Below are positions 40,923 through 50,558 of a DNA stretch of 57,475 bases, piece by piece. The notes below the pieces were generated by a model. That model ran no database searches, was not told the origin of the DNA, and was given only the letters and a program-made list of their open reading frames with translations. Location of the stretch: contig JANWIC010000001.1 of assembly GCA_025450075.1 (NCBI GenBank), forward strand, positions 1 to 57,475. The letters run 5' to 3'. Origin of the DNA: Patescibacteria group bacterium (GTDB lineage: Bacteria; Patescibacteriota; Dojkabacteria; JAKAPS01). Numbering within the stretch: position 1 is the first letter of the stretch; each line of letters opens with the position of its first letter. The position numbers and the translations under genes were made by a program.

Positions 40923-40999
40923 AGTTTAATTCTTTCTGTAGGGATACTACATCATCCCTCTTTTATATTGCAAGAGCTATTTATGTTACAATCTTTATA

Positions 41000-42109
41000 A
41001 TGGATAATGCGATAACTATTTACACAAATCCCTGGGAAGATATATCAGATATTAAAAGAGTTTTGAACGAACATCTTTTGAAATATCGTGTGAAAGATGC
41101 TTTTGAATATGGTATCACAAAAGATCTTCCTGTTGTTGAAATAATGGGTACAAGATATCCAAAGCCAAGTAAAGCACAGCTTGGGAAAATACTCGGCCTT
41201 CCAGACAAAGAGAATAATTATCATGATCTAGTAATAATAGGATCAAATCTCGAATCATTTTTTTGCCTAGATTATGCAATAAAGCATGAGTATGACGTAT
41301 GTGGAATTGGAAATATTTCTGGAAAAAATCTTACTGTATTAAAAAAGGTATACGGCCAGGTACTTCGTGTTCCTAATCCATTTATTCGCGACTTTACTAT
41401 TGAGGGAATTCCTACATCACTTGAAGTATTACATAATAAGACATATATAAAAATACAGGTGGATGACAAAGTATTCTTTACGAGGGGAGCATGTATCATA
41501 CTTGATGAAAAGATATCATATCATGGGACAATTACAAATATTTATAAATCGAAAGAAGATATCTTAAAAGAAGTTACAAAAAAGCGAATTATGAATAAAA
41601 GGAAGAGGACATTTGTCATAATTGGAAATGGTCCATCTGTATTGTATGATACATATGATTTGCACACACAGCTTTTGGCAATCTCACCCCTTATGAATTT
41701 TGAGATAATTGTCATTTCATCTCTATTATTTCCCACCCAAGATCAAGGGTTAGTAAAGATCCTACGTTCCAACCCGAACATTAAGATATTCGGTCAGACG
41801 TATGTTAAAGGATTTCAAAAAAAAGATTATCGTACGATAGTGAAAACAGACCTTATCCCATACACTGCTGACTATATCTGGGAACAGGACAAGAAACTTG
41901 AAAATGAATATGTGAAAAAATTGTTTGATTTAGATCCAGAAGGATATATCGAAACTGACCACTCAGGCAAAACTAAATTTCCGAATATCTATTCTATAAG
42001 AAGACGACCTCTCATTCAGGTCAGGGATAAAAGAACTGCACTGTTGGATAGGTACATGGCATGCTCGAAAGTAATTGAGGATCTATATGCATATATTAAT
42101 CTCACTTAG
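41000..42109 (+). CDS. Degenerate glutaredoxin-like + thioredoxin-reductase-like protein
   Basis: ITIYT.PW, DLVIIGS, VIIGNGPS, LDPEGYIETD..GKT..PNIYSI; no CxxC. Confidence 0.6.
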   Translation: MDNAITIYTNPWEDISDIKRVLNEHLLKYRVKDAFEYGITKDLPVVEIMGTRYPKPSKAQLGKILGLPDKENNYHDLVIIGSNLESFFCLDYAIKHEYDVCGIGNISGKNLTVLKKVYGQVLRVPNPFIRDFTIEGIPTSLEVLHNKTYIKIQVDDKVFFTRGACIILDEKISYHGTITNIYKSKEDILKEVTKKRIMNKRKRTFVIIGNGPSVLYDTYDLHTQLLAISPLMNFEIIVISSLLFPTQDQGLVKILRSNPNIKIFGQTYVKGFQKKDYRTIVKTDLIPYTADYIWEQDKKLENEYVKKLFDLDPEGYIETDHSGKTKFPNIYSIRRRPLIQVRDKRTALLDRYMACSKVIEDLYAYINLT

Positions 42110-42644
42110 TGCACCATTCAATAAATGTTTCGATAAATTTCTCCATCCTGACATATACTTTATCATCAGTAATATCTCCATTTTGATCAAAAATATCCTG
42201 TGCCCTTGAAATATATAACTCAGGAGAATTCATTAAATTGGCGCCAAGATGGGTAAGGATCAAACGAAGATGTAACTGTGCTCTAACTGTACCGAATTGG
42301 CCAGTTGATGCACCAGAAATAGCCATGCATTTGTTTGTAATGAAATTGTCTTTATTTGTAGAAAGCCAGTCAATTGCATTCTTCGTGGCTGATGCTATTG
42401 ACCAGTTATATTCAGGAGTGGCGATTAGAAGACCGCTATGAGAAAGTACTTCTTTTCTAAATTGAGAAACTGCTTCCGGCAATGTTTCAGTAGTCTCTAG
42501 ATCTTCATTAAAAATTGGCAGTTCTTGAAGTGGAAAAATATCAATAGGTACATTAGCGATCTTTTTTAGGCATTGCAAAAGAATTGAGTTATATGAATCT
42601 TTACGAAGACTTCCGCTGATTGCTAATACTCGAAGCTCTTCCAT
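42102..42644 (-). CDS. NADPH-dependent FMN reductase (flavodoxin-like)
   Basis: ISGSLRKDSYN, TPEYN.S....KNAIDWLS, GTVRAQLHLR. Confidence 0.93.
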   Translation of the reverse strand: MEELRVLAISGSLRKDSYNSILLQCLKKIANVPIDIFPLQELPIFNEDLETTETLPEAVSQFRKEVLSHSGLLIATPEYNWSIASATKNAIDWLSTNKDNFITNKCMAISGASTGQFGTVRAQLHLRLILTHLGANLMNSPELYISRAQDIFDQNGDITDDKVYVRMEKFIETFIEWCTK

Positions 42645-42765
42645 TGCTTATGAATAATATTATCATTATATATCAAATTGTCATATTTATACATTGAAGG
42701 ATTTAAACTCTTTTACCCTTTCGGAAGGGGTTCATTTGATTTGAGACCTATGGTATTATGGAGTT

Positions 42766-43536
42766 ATGAAAAAATTTCGAGTTTTAGTCATAGGTATTGG
42801 AATATTGACGGGTATAATAGCCGGCTCCTTTTACCTTGAGCATAACAAAAAGGTTGCTACTATCATTGCTCAAAGACCAATAATATCTTCAATTCCTACT
42901 ATAAGTGCATCGCTAAGTACTTCACCTACACCTAGCCCAACACCGTCTAATACTTGTAATGCACCTCTTGTGCTAGTTGATAAAATCCATGCATTACCTC
43001 CAACATATGTTCCACCAGACTTAGTATATATATCACAATATAATATACCTGTTGCAAATACTTCATATCAAATTAGAAAAATAGTTGTTCCTGATCTTGT
43101 CGGGATGATCAAAGATGCAAATGCCCAGGGGATAAATCTTATTGTTATTTCTCCATACAGGTCCTACAATACGCAGGCTGAAGTTTATGATTATTATACA
43201 AGGACTGATGGTGTGACTGCAGCAAATCAGTACAGTGCAATCCCTGGGCACAGCCAGCACCAATTAGGAACCGCTATCGATTTTAGTACAAATGAAATCA
43301 GCAATGGGCTTGACCAAAGTTTTGCTGACACGAATGCTGGAAAATGGATGGCAGAAAATGCATATAAATATGGATTTGTTTTAGCATATCCTATTGGTGA
43401 TGAGTCCATAACTGGTTATGAATATGAACCGTGGCATTGGAGATATATGGGGGTAGATAATGCATTAAAGATAAAAAATAGTGGATTAATTATGCAGCAG
43501 TATTTAGAAAAATACGGATACCTTCCTAATTGCTAG
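42766..43536 (+). CDS. D-Ala-D-Ala carboxypeptidase, M15B (VanY-like)
   Basis: TM anchor; SPYRS...Q, SA.PGHSQHQLGTAID, YEPWHWRY.G. Confidence 0.93.
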   Translation: MKKFRVLVIGIGILTGIIAGSFYLEHNKKVATIIAQRPIISSIPTISASLSTSPTPSPTPSNTCNAPLVLVDKIHALPPTYVPPDLVYISQYNIPVANTSYQIRKIVVPDLVGMIKDANAQGINLIVISPYRSYNTQAEVYDYYTRTDGVTAANQYSAIPGHSQHQLGTAIDFSTNEISNGLDQSFADTNAGKWMAENAYKYGFVLAYPIGDESITGYEYEPWHWRYMGVDNALKIKNSGLIMQQYLEKYGYLPNC

Positions 43537-43938
43537 ATGACTAAACAATTCACTGGATATCTCGCATATCCTGAACATATTTCACATATCGGAGTTATCA
43601 TCATTGAAAATGAAAAAAGTTTCGTCGCTGATCGTTTCGCATCTCTCGGTTATATTTGCTTCTCAATTTCGGATTTGCAAAACCTTCATCCCGCATTGCA
43701 ATATATCTATCGCTATTGTGAAAAGATTTTAGCAATATCGATAGGACAGGATAAAACTATAGATGATGTACTCATCGATGGAATCATATATATTAATCCA
43801 CAATCATCAGATTTTTCAAAAGCCTTACAAATATTTGAAAATAGAGATGAAATTCACCAAATGCAAGAAAATATTCCAATTGCATATGGAGAAAACAAAT
43901 TATGGGAAGATATACAAAAAATTATACAATTCTTTTGA
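43537..43938 (+). CDS. Hypothetical protein
   Basis: 133-aa ORF abutting the upstream stop codon. Confidence 0.6.
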   Translation: MTKQFTGYLAYPEHISHIGVIIIENEKSFVADRFASLGYICFSISDLQNLHPALQYIYRYCEKILAISIGQDKTIDDVLIDGIIYINPQSSDFSKALQIFENRDEIHQMQENIPIAYGENKLWEDIQKIIQFF

Positions 43939-43976
43939 TAAGCTGATATAATCAGGATATATCTGACCTTTCAATT

Positions 43977-45644
43977 ATGTTACCTCACGTTGATTTAATG
44001 CTTGAAGATAGAAATGAATTTCTCTCATTCCAATTTATTGGAGATGTTATTGATTTGGCAGATAAGCTGTCTATGGATATCTTCCAACAAAAGAAAAATG
44101 AAACGAGTAATTACGATATTTCTGGAGTTGAATGGCAAATTGTTGCAAAAGCAATTGCAGCTCAAAATCTTCAAGGAATTCCGTTTGACCAGCAGCAAAA
44201 GTTTTTAGCTTTCTCTAGTGATAGACAACAATTCAAACGATCCATAATTTTTGATATCATTTCAGATCCTTCAAATAGTTTGAATTTAACTGAGAATGAA
44301 ACTATATTGCTAAAAGGACTCTTGTCACTTGCTCCACTTGTAGATGAATTGTTTATTGCCTGGAGAGAGCAGGTCGTCTATTCAGATCTTGGAAAATCTT
44401 TTCTAGAAAACCCTGAAAGTTCTACCGAATTTAGAAAAAAACATGCTCTTTTGACAACTCCATATGTCTTCTCAGTTATTCAAGAAAAAGAAGGAACATA
44501 TATAGAACAGCCACTGATCGAAGCTTTTCCTCCATTTGTAAAAAGAATTGTGGAAGAATTACGAAAGTTATCAAGAGAACTTGTCTTGCATGATACAGAT
44601 AGAGAGATTACAGATTATCTCAATGCTTGGGCAGATTTTTATGAAAACACGGATGTCAATGCATATGAATTTTTATCAAAATCACTTGATGCATTATGGG
44701 TTCAGGTTACCGGTAGAATTATTCCCGTCCATGCAATGGAAGTATATGAAGATCCGGGGAAATATATTGTCAGTCCGGAGCTTGGAATTGCAATAATTGA
44801 TGAACGGTTTGACAAAGTAAATAATGGAATTGAAGGTACCAGGACAAAGCTTATTTCTTACCTTTCTAAAAGATATCCTGAGTCAAATGCACTGCGTGAT
44901 TCAATTCCTCTAATGCAAAAAGCAAAAGCTTGCGCATATATCATGGCAGCTGAAGCAGGTGCACGGTTAGTTCTTCGTCCTTTCGGACAAAACATTCCAA
45001 ATTGGGATGAGGTTCGTTATGAAACGGGAGTACGAATACTCATCACTATGGCAACAGCAAAAACTCGTTGGGTAGGTGAGAGGCAGGCATTAGCAACTCT
45101 GCTTGGTGAAGAAGTTGTTCACGATCTTTATGATCCCTATGTTGAAAATGGAAAGCTATTTGATTATGCTGCAATGGTTTTTGTTGGTGGACATGAAATC
45201 GCCCACAATGCATTTATTACTCCTGGATTAAAAGATAGGATAAGCCCTCCTATATTTGCAAAACTTGAAGAAGCAAAAGCAAGTCTTTCGATAGTATCAG
45301 CAATTGATGATCTTTATGACAACGAAGAACAAAAGGTTATTGCTATGTACAGGATTGGTTATTCTTTAGTAAAAATGCAGCAGGTTGATGAGCCAAGTGT
45401 TATAGCGTATGTTTATGAATGCTTTGTTATATTGCAATCTATGCTCGAGGTTGGAATTTTAGATGCAACAGGAAATTTAGATCTTAGTGAAGAAAAAGTG
45501 TCTGCATGGATTAAGAAGTTAAAAGTTGTTTTTGATGAATTGGTAAGGGTATATGAAACAGGGACAACAGAAAATGCCATGCAATATATTGCAACATACT
45601 TTACTCCGACTGGGGATATTAAGGAAATAATGGCAAAACTTTAA
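43977..45644 (+). CDS. Zincin metallopeptidase, M49/DPP-III-like
   Basis: EVYED, GQNIPN..EVR...G, HEIAH, LEEAKA. Confidence 0.7.
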   Translation: MLPHVDLMLEDRNEFLSFQFIGDVIDLADKLSMDIFQQKKNETSNYDISGVEWQIVAKAIAAQNLQGIPFDQQQKFLAFSSDRQQFKRSIIFDIISDPSNSLNLTENETILLKGLLSLAPLVDELFIAWREQVVYSDLGKSFLENPESSTEFRKKHALLTTPYVFSVIQEKEGTYIEQPLIEAFPPFVKRIVEELRKLSRELVLHDTDREITDYLNAWADFYENTDVNAYEFLSKSLDALWVQVTGRIIPVHAMEVYEDPGKYIVSPELGIAIIDERFDKVNNGIEGTRTKLISYLSKRYPESNALRDSIPLMQKAKACAYIMAAEAGARLVLRPFGQNIPNWDEVRYETGVRILITMATAKTRWVGERQALATLLGEEVVHDLYDPYVENGKLFDYAAMVFVGGHEIAHNAFITPGLKDRISPPIFAKLEEAKASLSIVSAIDDLYDNEEQKVIAMYRIGYSLVKMQQVDEPSVIAYVYECFVILQSMLEVGILDATGNLDLSEEKVSAWIKKLKVVFDELVRVYETGTTENAMQYIATYFTPTGDIKEIMAKL

Positions 45645-46996
45645 GAAAGTTTTGTTAGGAAATTTAATGAGAATAATACTCCACGTTTAAATGCATCAAC
45701 TAAGAGGCGTTCATTAGGAGCGTGCATTCCACAATCTTCTTGTGAAAGAGGAACAGAAAGCACAGGAACATGTAGGTATGATTCGATAGCAATAACTACT
45801 GGTAATGTGCCCCCAACAAAATTGATAATAGGTTCTTTTCCGTAAGTTTCGGCAAGAATAGCTCTTGCTTTTTTCATGTAATCATTATCAATATTAATCT
45901 TAACGGCTGGTACCATATCAGGATTTGAAATTTCATAACGTACTCCATCTGAAATATTATCGTTGATGAATTTTACAAAGTTATCATAAATCTTTTGAGG
46001 ATTCTGATTGGCTACAAGTCTGAAATTAAACTTTGCATAAGCTTTTGAAGGAACAATATTTTTAAATCCTACACCGGTATATCCTGACTGAAGACCCGTT
46101 ACTTGTAGGGTAGGACGCAGTCCAGTGTGTTCATATTTAGAATATCCTTTTTCACCAACAAGTTTTTTTGATCCGCTTAACTCTAAAAATTCTTCATCTC
46201 TTGTTGTCCTGTTTTGTAATGTTTCTTTCTCCTCTGCTGTAATATCTTCTACATCATCATAAAACTGAGGAATAGTGATGCGGTAATCCTTATCATACAG
46301 CTTTGCAATCAAGGATGATAATTCATAAGCTGGATTTGCAATTGCACCTCCAAATACCCCTGAATGGAGATCTTCTTTAGGTCCTGTAAGTGAAATTTCA
46401 CAATTCAATACACCTCTGAAAGATGCTTCAATAACTGGAGTGTCATTTCCAATCATTTCTCCATCTGAAATGAGAGCAACATCAGCCTTCAGAAAATCAG
46501 TATTATCTTTTATTACACTGTCCAGATCTGCTGATCCTGTTTCTTCATCTCCTTCAATGATAAAGGAGATATTTACCGGAAGTTCTTTCTGAGTCTTGAG
46601 AAGTGCTTCCAATGCACTGACATGCATCATGAATTGTCCTTTATTATCCATTATTCCTCGGGCAAAAAGTTTTCCATCTTTTTGTGTAAGGGTAAATGGT
46701 GGTGTAGACCAGTCTTCAACTGGTGCGACCGGTTGGACATCGTAATGCCCGTATAATAGAACAGTTTTAGCATTTGGATTTGCGATATGCCTTCCTAATA
46801 TAATTGGATTTGAAGACGTCTCAATAACCTTTGTTTCAAATCCTAACGATAATAATTTGTTTTGTACCCACTTTGCTGCATCTATAACATTTTGTTTAAA
46901 TGCAGGATCGGTACTGATACTTGAGAATGAAACAATAGCTCCTAATTCTTTGATAAAAGCATCCAGATTTTGTAAAAAATATGTTTGTGCATCCAT
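45641..46996 (-). CDS. M20-family dipeptidase
   Basis: YGHYDVQP, ARG..DNKGQ, EGDEE.GS, DLHSG..GG, HAPNE. ATG 46996 preferred. Confidence 0.93.
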   Translation of the reverse strand: MDAQTYFLQNLDAFIKELGAIVSFSSISTDPAFKQNVIDAAKWVQNKLLSLGFETKVIETSSNPIILGRHIANPNAKTVLLYGHYDVQPVAPVEDWSTPPFTLTQKDGKLFARGIMDNKGQFMMHVSALEALLKTQKELPVNISFIIEGDEETGSADLDSVIKDNTDFLKADVALISDGEMIGNDTPVIEASFRGVLNCEISLTGPKEDLHSGVFGGAIANPAYELSSLIAKLYDKDYRITIPQFYDDVEDITAEEKETLQNRTTRDEEFLELSGSKKLVGEKGYSKYEHTGLRPTLQVTGLQSGYTGVGFKNIVPSKAYAKFNFRLVANQNPQKIYDNFVKFINDNISDGVRYEISNPDMVPAVKINIDNDYMKKARAILAETYGKEPIINFVGGTLPVVIAIESYLHVPVLSVPLSQEDCGMHAPNERLLVDAFKRGVLFSLNFLTKLS

Positions 46997-47094
46997 AAGA
47001 CTATTATACCATAACCATAAGCACATCTGTAAAGCCAGAATACATTGTTTTCATTTGATAAAAGTGATATTATCCATATGCTTATTCATGAAAC

Positions 47095-48024
47095 ATGAAG
47101 TATTCAATTGTTATCCCTTTATACAACGAAGAAGAAAGTATTCCTGAACTTTATGAAAGAATAAAGGCGGTAATGGATCAGGTCGCTCCCAAAGATTATG
47201 AAATTATTTTCATAAACGATGGAAGTACTGATAACTCACTTGAAATTATAAAAAAAATACAAAAAACAGACCCTTCTATTCAGGTAATTTCTTTCAGGAA
47301 AAACATGGGGAAAGCAGCTGGTTTGTCTGTGGGATTTGATCATGTTAAAGGAAAATATGTCATAACAATGGATGCTGACCTTCAAGATGAACCAACAGAA
47401 ATTCCTAAAATGATTAAAAAACTTTCTGAAGGATATGATCTTGTATCAGGTTGGAAAGAGGATAGACAGGATCCAATAGACAAAACACTTCCTTCAAAGG
47501 TATTTAATTTCCTTGTTTCAAAATTATCGGGAGTAAATTTCCATGATTTTAATTGCGGATTTAAGTTATATAAAAGACAAGTATTAAAAGAGATTGAAAT
47601 ATACGGACAATTATATCGCTTTATTCCTGTCCTTGCTTATGAAAGAGGATTTAAGGTAACTGAAATGAAAGTGAAACATAATAAAAGGAAATATGGGAAA
47701 TCAAAGTATAACTGGAAAAGAATATTTGCCGGCATTATGGATTTAATGACAGTGATGTTTCTGGTCAGGTATGGAAAAAGACCTTTACATCTGTTTGGAT
47801 TTGTTGGAGGATTGGCAACCCTTATGGGAATAATCAGTTTAGGATATTTAACTATTGTAAAAGTATTTTTTGGTCAACATATAGCTGACAGGCCTCTACT
47901 TATATTTGGAGGAGTACTTTTAATCGCCGGATTACAACTAATCTTTACAGGGCTTATCGCTGAAATGCTTACAAAATATAACCATCAAAACACCCAGTAT
48001 CCGTTTGTAATAGAAGAGGAGTAA
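47095..48024 (+). CDS. GT2 polyprenol-phosphate glycosyltransferase (ArnC/GtrB-like)
   Basis: SIVIPLYNEE, NDGSTD, MDADLQD, DFNCGFK, two C-terminal TM helices. Confidence 0.92.
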   Translation: MKYSIVIPLYNEEESIPELYERIKAVMDQVAPKDYEIIFINDGSTDNSLEIIKKIQKTDPSIQVISFRKNMGKAAGLSVGFDHVKGKYVITMDADLQDEPTEIPKMIKKLSEGYDLVSGWKEDRQDPIDKTLPSKVFNFLVSKLSGVNFHDFNCGFKLYKRQVLKEIEIYGQLYRFIPVLAYERGFKVTEMKVKHNKRKYGKSKYNWKRIFAGIMDLMTVMFLVRYGKRPLHLFGFVGGLATLMGIISLGYLTIVKVFFGQHIADRPLLIFGGVLLIAGLQLIFTGLIAEMLTKYNHQNTQYPFVIEEE

Positions 48025-50438
48025 TGGATAAGAAAAAAATACGAAAATATTTCTGGTATTTCATTTATATTCTCTCATTTGTCTTTATCCTCTACTATAT
48101 AGTGAAATATTCATCTTATATCACCCAAATATTTAGCCTTTCATTCTTACCCTTTGTTCTTATTGCGGTTGGGTTAAATATACTGGCATTTATTGCTATG
48201 GCTTCAAGCTGGGCATATATGGTAAAACGGCATCATAAGGCTTCATATATATCGTTGCTTCATATCTTCTTCATTTCTCAAATAACAAGATATGTTCCTG
48301 GAAATATTTGGTCATTCATTGCTCGATTTACTAATAACAAGAAAATAGGAGTGAATAATTCTGCAACTGCATATTTTCTTGCAATAGAGAATTTAAATTT
48401 AATAGTTACTGCAGCAGTTTTCTCGCTTTTTTCTATTGGGCTTCTTCGTATTAATTCATCTGTTCCACTCATTCTTGCCATTCTTTTATCTTTTTGCTTT
48501 ATGATTGTATTTTTCTTTTTTCCACATCTATTTAAAAATGTAATAGATAGATTTGCTGCAAAATTTCATGTAAAGGCTGATTATACAAGTTTGTCAAAAA
48601 AAGACCTTATCGTTGTATTTATTCTATTTATCGCATATTGGACTTTATTTGGAAGTGCATTTTTCATCATTTTGCAAGGATTTCATCGAATATCTTCAAT
48701 ATCTCTTCTTTCAGCAATAGGTATGAATGCAGCAGCGTGGATTATAGGGTATCTCAGTTTTTTGACCCCGAGCGGTCTTGGAGTACGTGAAGGGATATTT
48801 GTATTGTTCCTACAAAAGAGTCTTGGAGCAATTCCTGCACTTACTATAGCGATCATTTCAAGGGTGGTTTTTACCTTCTCTGAAGTTTTATGCTTAGGTT
48901 TTACCTATATAGCTAACAAGGTAAGAAATGGAAAAATTGTAGGGTGGGTAAAGAAACGGGATAAAATGTTCATGTTACTACTTCTTTTAATTCTGATATA
49001 TATTGCATATTTCTCATTCCTTACAATTGTCAGAAACCATAATTTGTATTCCGGGAGATTTGATTTAGGGAATATGGTTCAAGTTATCTGGAATACTTCG
49101 CATGGAAGATTTTTTCAACTTACTAATTCTGATACTGACCATATCGTTTCTCGATTTGCAATCCATGCAGATATTTTTCTGGTGCTATTTGCTCCGATAT
49201 ATAAAATATTTTCAACTCCGAATTTACTACTTATTTTACAATCAACCGCATTAGGCCTTTCTGCAATTCCTATATATATACTTGCAAAGAAAGTCATCTT
49301 AAACAGATTTATTTCCTTTGTTATTGCTGTCTCATTCCTGTTTTATCCTCCCCTAGAATGGGTGAATTTTTATGAATTTCATGCAGTTGCATTTGCTGTT
49401 CCGCTTCTTTTACTTACTTTTCTTTGTGTATATTCACGATCATATCGATGGGCATTTTTGTGGGCACTTCTTGCAATAACAACAAAAGAAGAGATCGGCC
49501 TCATCATTTTTTTATTTGGTTTATATATCATTTTTAAAAACAAAGATGTGCGCCAAGGAGTGGTATTTTTATTGACGGGATTAATCTCAAGTATATTTTT
49601 TCTATTCGTAGTAATACCTTATTTCAGGCCAAATGATAGTGGCCACTTTGCCCTTTCGTACTATACTGATGCTGCCGTTTCTTCAGCAGGAGGAGTTGCA
49701 AAAGATCTCCTGACACATCCTTGGAATATTATTTTAAGGCTTTTCAATCCATTGTCTTTTTATTATCTAATCCAACTTCTTTTTCCATTAGGGTTTCTTG
49801 CATTACTTAGTCCTGCCACATTTTTACTCTCATCTTCTGAGCTTGCAGTGAATTTATTGAGTAGCGATTACTTTATGAAAACAATATTTTTACAATATAC
49901 GAGCGCAATAATTCCATTTGTGTTTATCGCATCTATATTCGGATTTAAGAAAACTGTTGATAAATATGATGGATGGTATAAAAAATATTTAATAAGATAT
50001 CTAAGAATCTCCTGGCAATCCGTATTGCTAATATGGATTATTTCGATGACGATTTTAGGGAGTGCAATTTTTGGTGCATTACCTGTCGGATATAATAATG
50101 CATCTTATGTATTATATGCAAAAGAGGGTACTGATGTGATTAATAGGCTTGAGCAGTTAATTCCAGCACGATATAGTGTTTCTGCAACTAATAGCGTAGG
50201 AGCACATTTCTCAGAAAGGAAATACATATATACATTTCCTATTAAAGCAAACTCAGCAGATGTGATTGTTGTTTTAGAGCATGCTTCATTTGAAATTGTC
50301 GACAATGGAGTAATTCAACGAACAGTTGATTTTTTGGAGGATGGAAAAAATTACATTGAGGTCTATCATAAGGACAACTTATATGTTTTTGAGAAAAAAG
50401 GCCTAAAACTTGACCTTTCTCCTATTAACCATATATGA
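48024..50438 (+). CDS. Fusion of UPF0104/LPG-synthase-like flippase domain and DUF2079 GT-C domain
   Basis: N-terminal RYVPG.IW and TPSGLGVREG; C-terminal FDLG.M.Q..WN, H, LQS, EFH, KEE. Confidence 0.8.
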   Translation: MDKKKIRKYFWYFIYILSFVFILYYIVKYSSYITQIFSLSFLPFVLIAVGLNILAFIAMASSWAYMVKRHHKASYISLLHIFFISQITRYVPGNIWSFIARFTNNKKIGVNNSATAYFLAIENLNLIVTAAVFSLFSIGLLRINSSVPLILAILLSFCFMIVFFFFPHLFKNVIDRFAAKFHVKADYTSLSKKDLIVVFILFIAYWTLFGSAFFIILQGFHRISSISLLSAIGMNAAAWIIGYLSFLTPSGLGVREGIFVLFLQKSLGAIPALTIAIISRVVFTFSEVLCLGFTYIANKVRNGKIVGWVKKRDKMFMLLLLLILIYIAYFSFLTIVRNHNLYSGRFDLGNMVQVIWNTSHGRFFQLTNSDTDHIVSRFAIHADIFLVLFAPIYKIFSTPNLLLILQSTALGLSAIPIYILAKKVILNRFISFVIAVSFLFYPPLEWVNFYEFHAVAFAVPLLLLTFLCVYSRSYRWAFLWALLAITTKEEIGLIIFLFGLYIIFKNKDVRQGVVFLLTGLISSIFFLFVVIPYFRPNDSGHFALSYYTDAAVSSAGGVAKDLLTHPWNIILRLFNPLSFYYLIQLLFPLGFLALLSPATFLLSSSELAVNLLSSDYFMKTIFLQYTSAIIPFVFIASIFGFKKTVDKYDGWYKKYLIRYLRISWQSVLLIWIISMTILGSAIFGALPVGYNNASYVLYAKEGTDVINRLEQLIPARYSVSATNSVGAHFSERKYIYTFPIKANSADVIVVLEHASFEIVDNGVIQRTVDFLEDGKNYIEVYHKDNLYVFEKKGLKLDLSPINHI

Positions 50439-50558
50439 TGATTCGATACCGTAGCATATTGTAAAAAGGTACTAAAGCATAGTATAATACCCTATAGATT
50501 TTTAAATGGTATTATTCTGGCTTCTAAATAGGAAGTCAGTATATTTTAATCGAATCTT

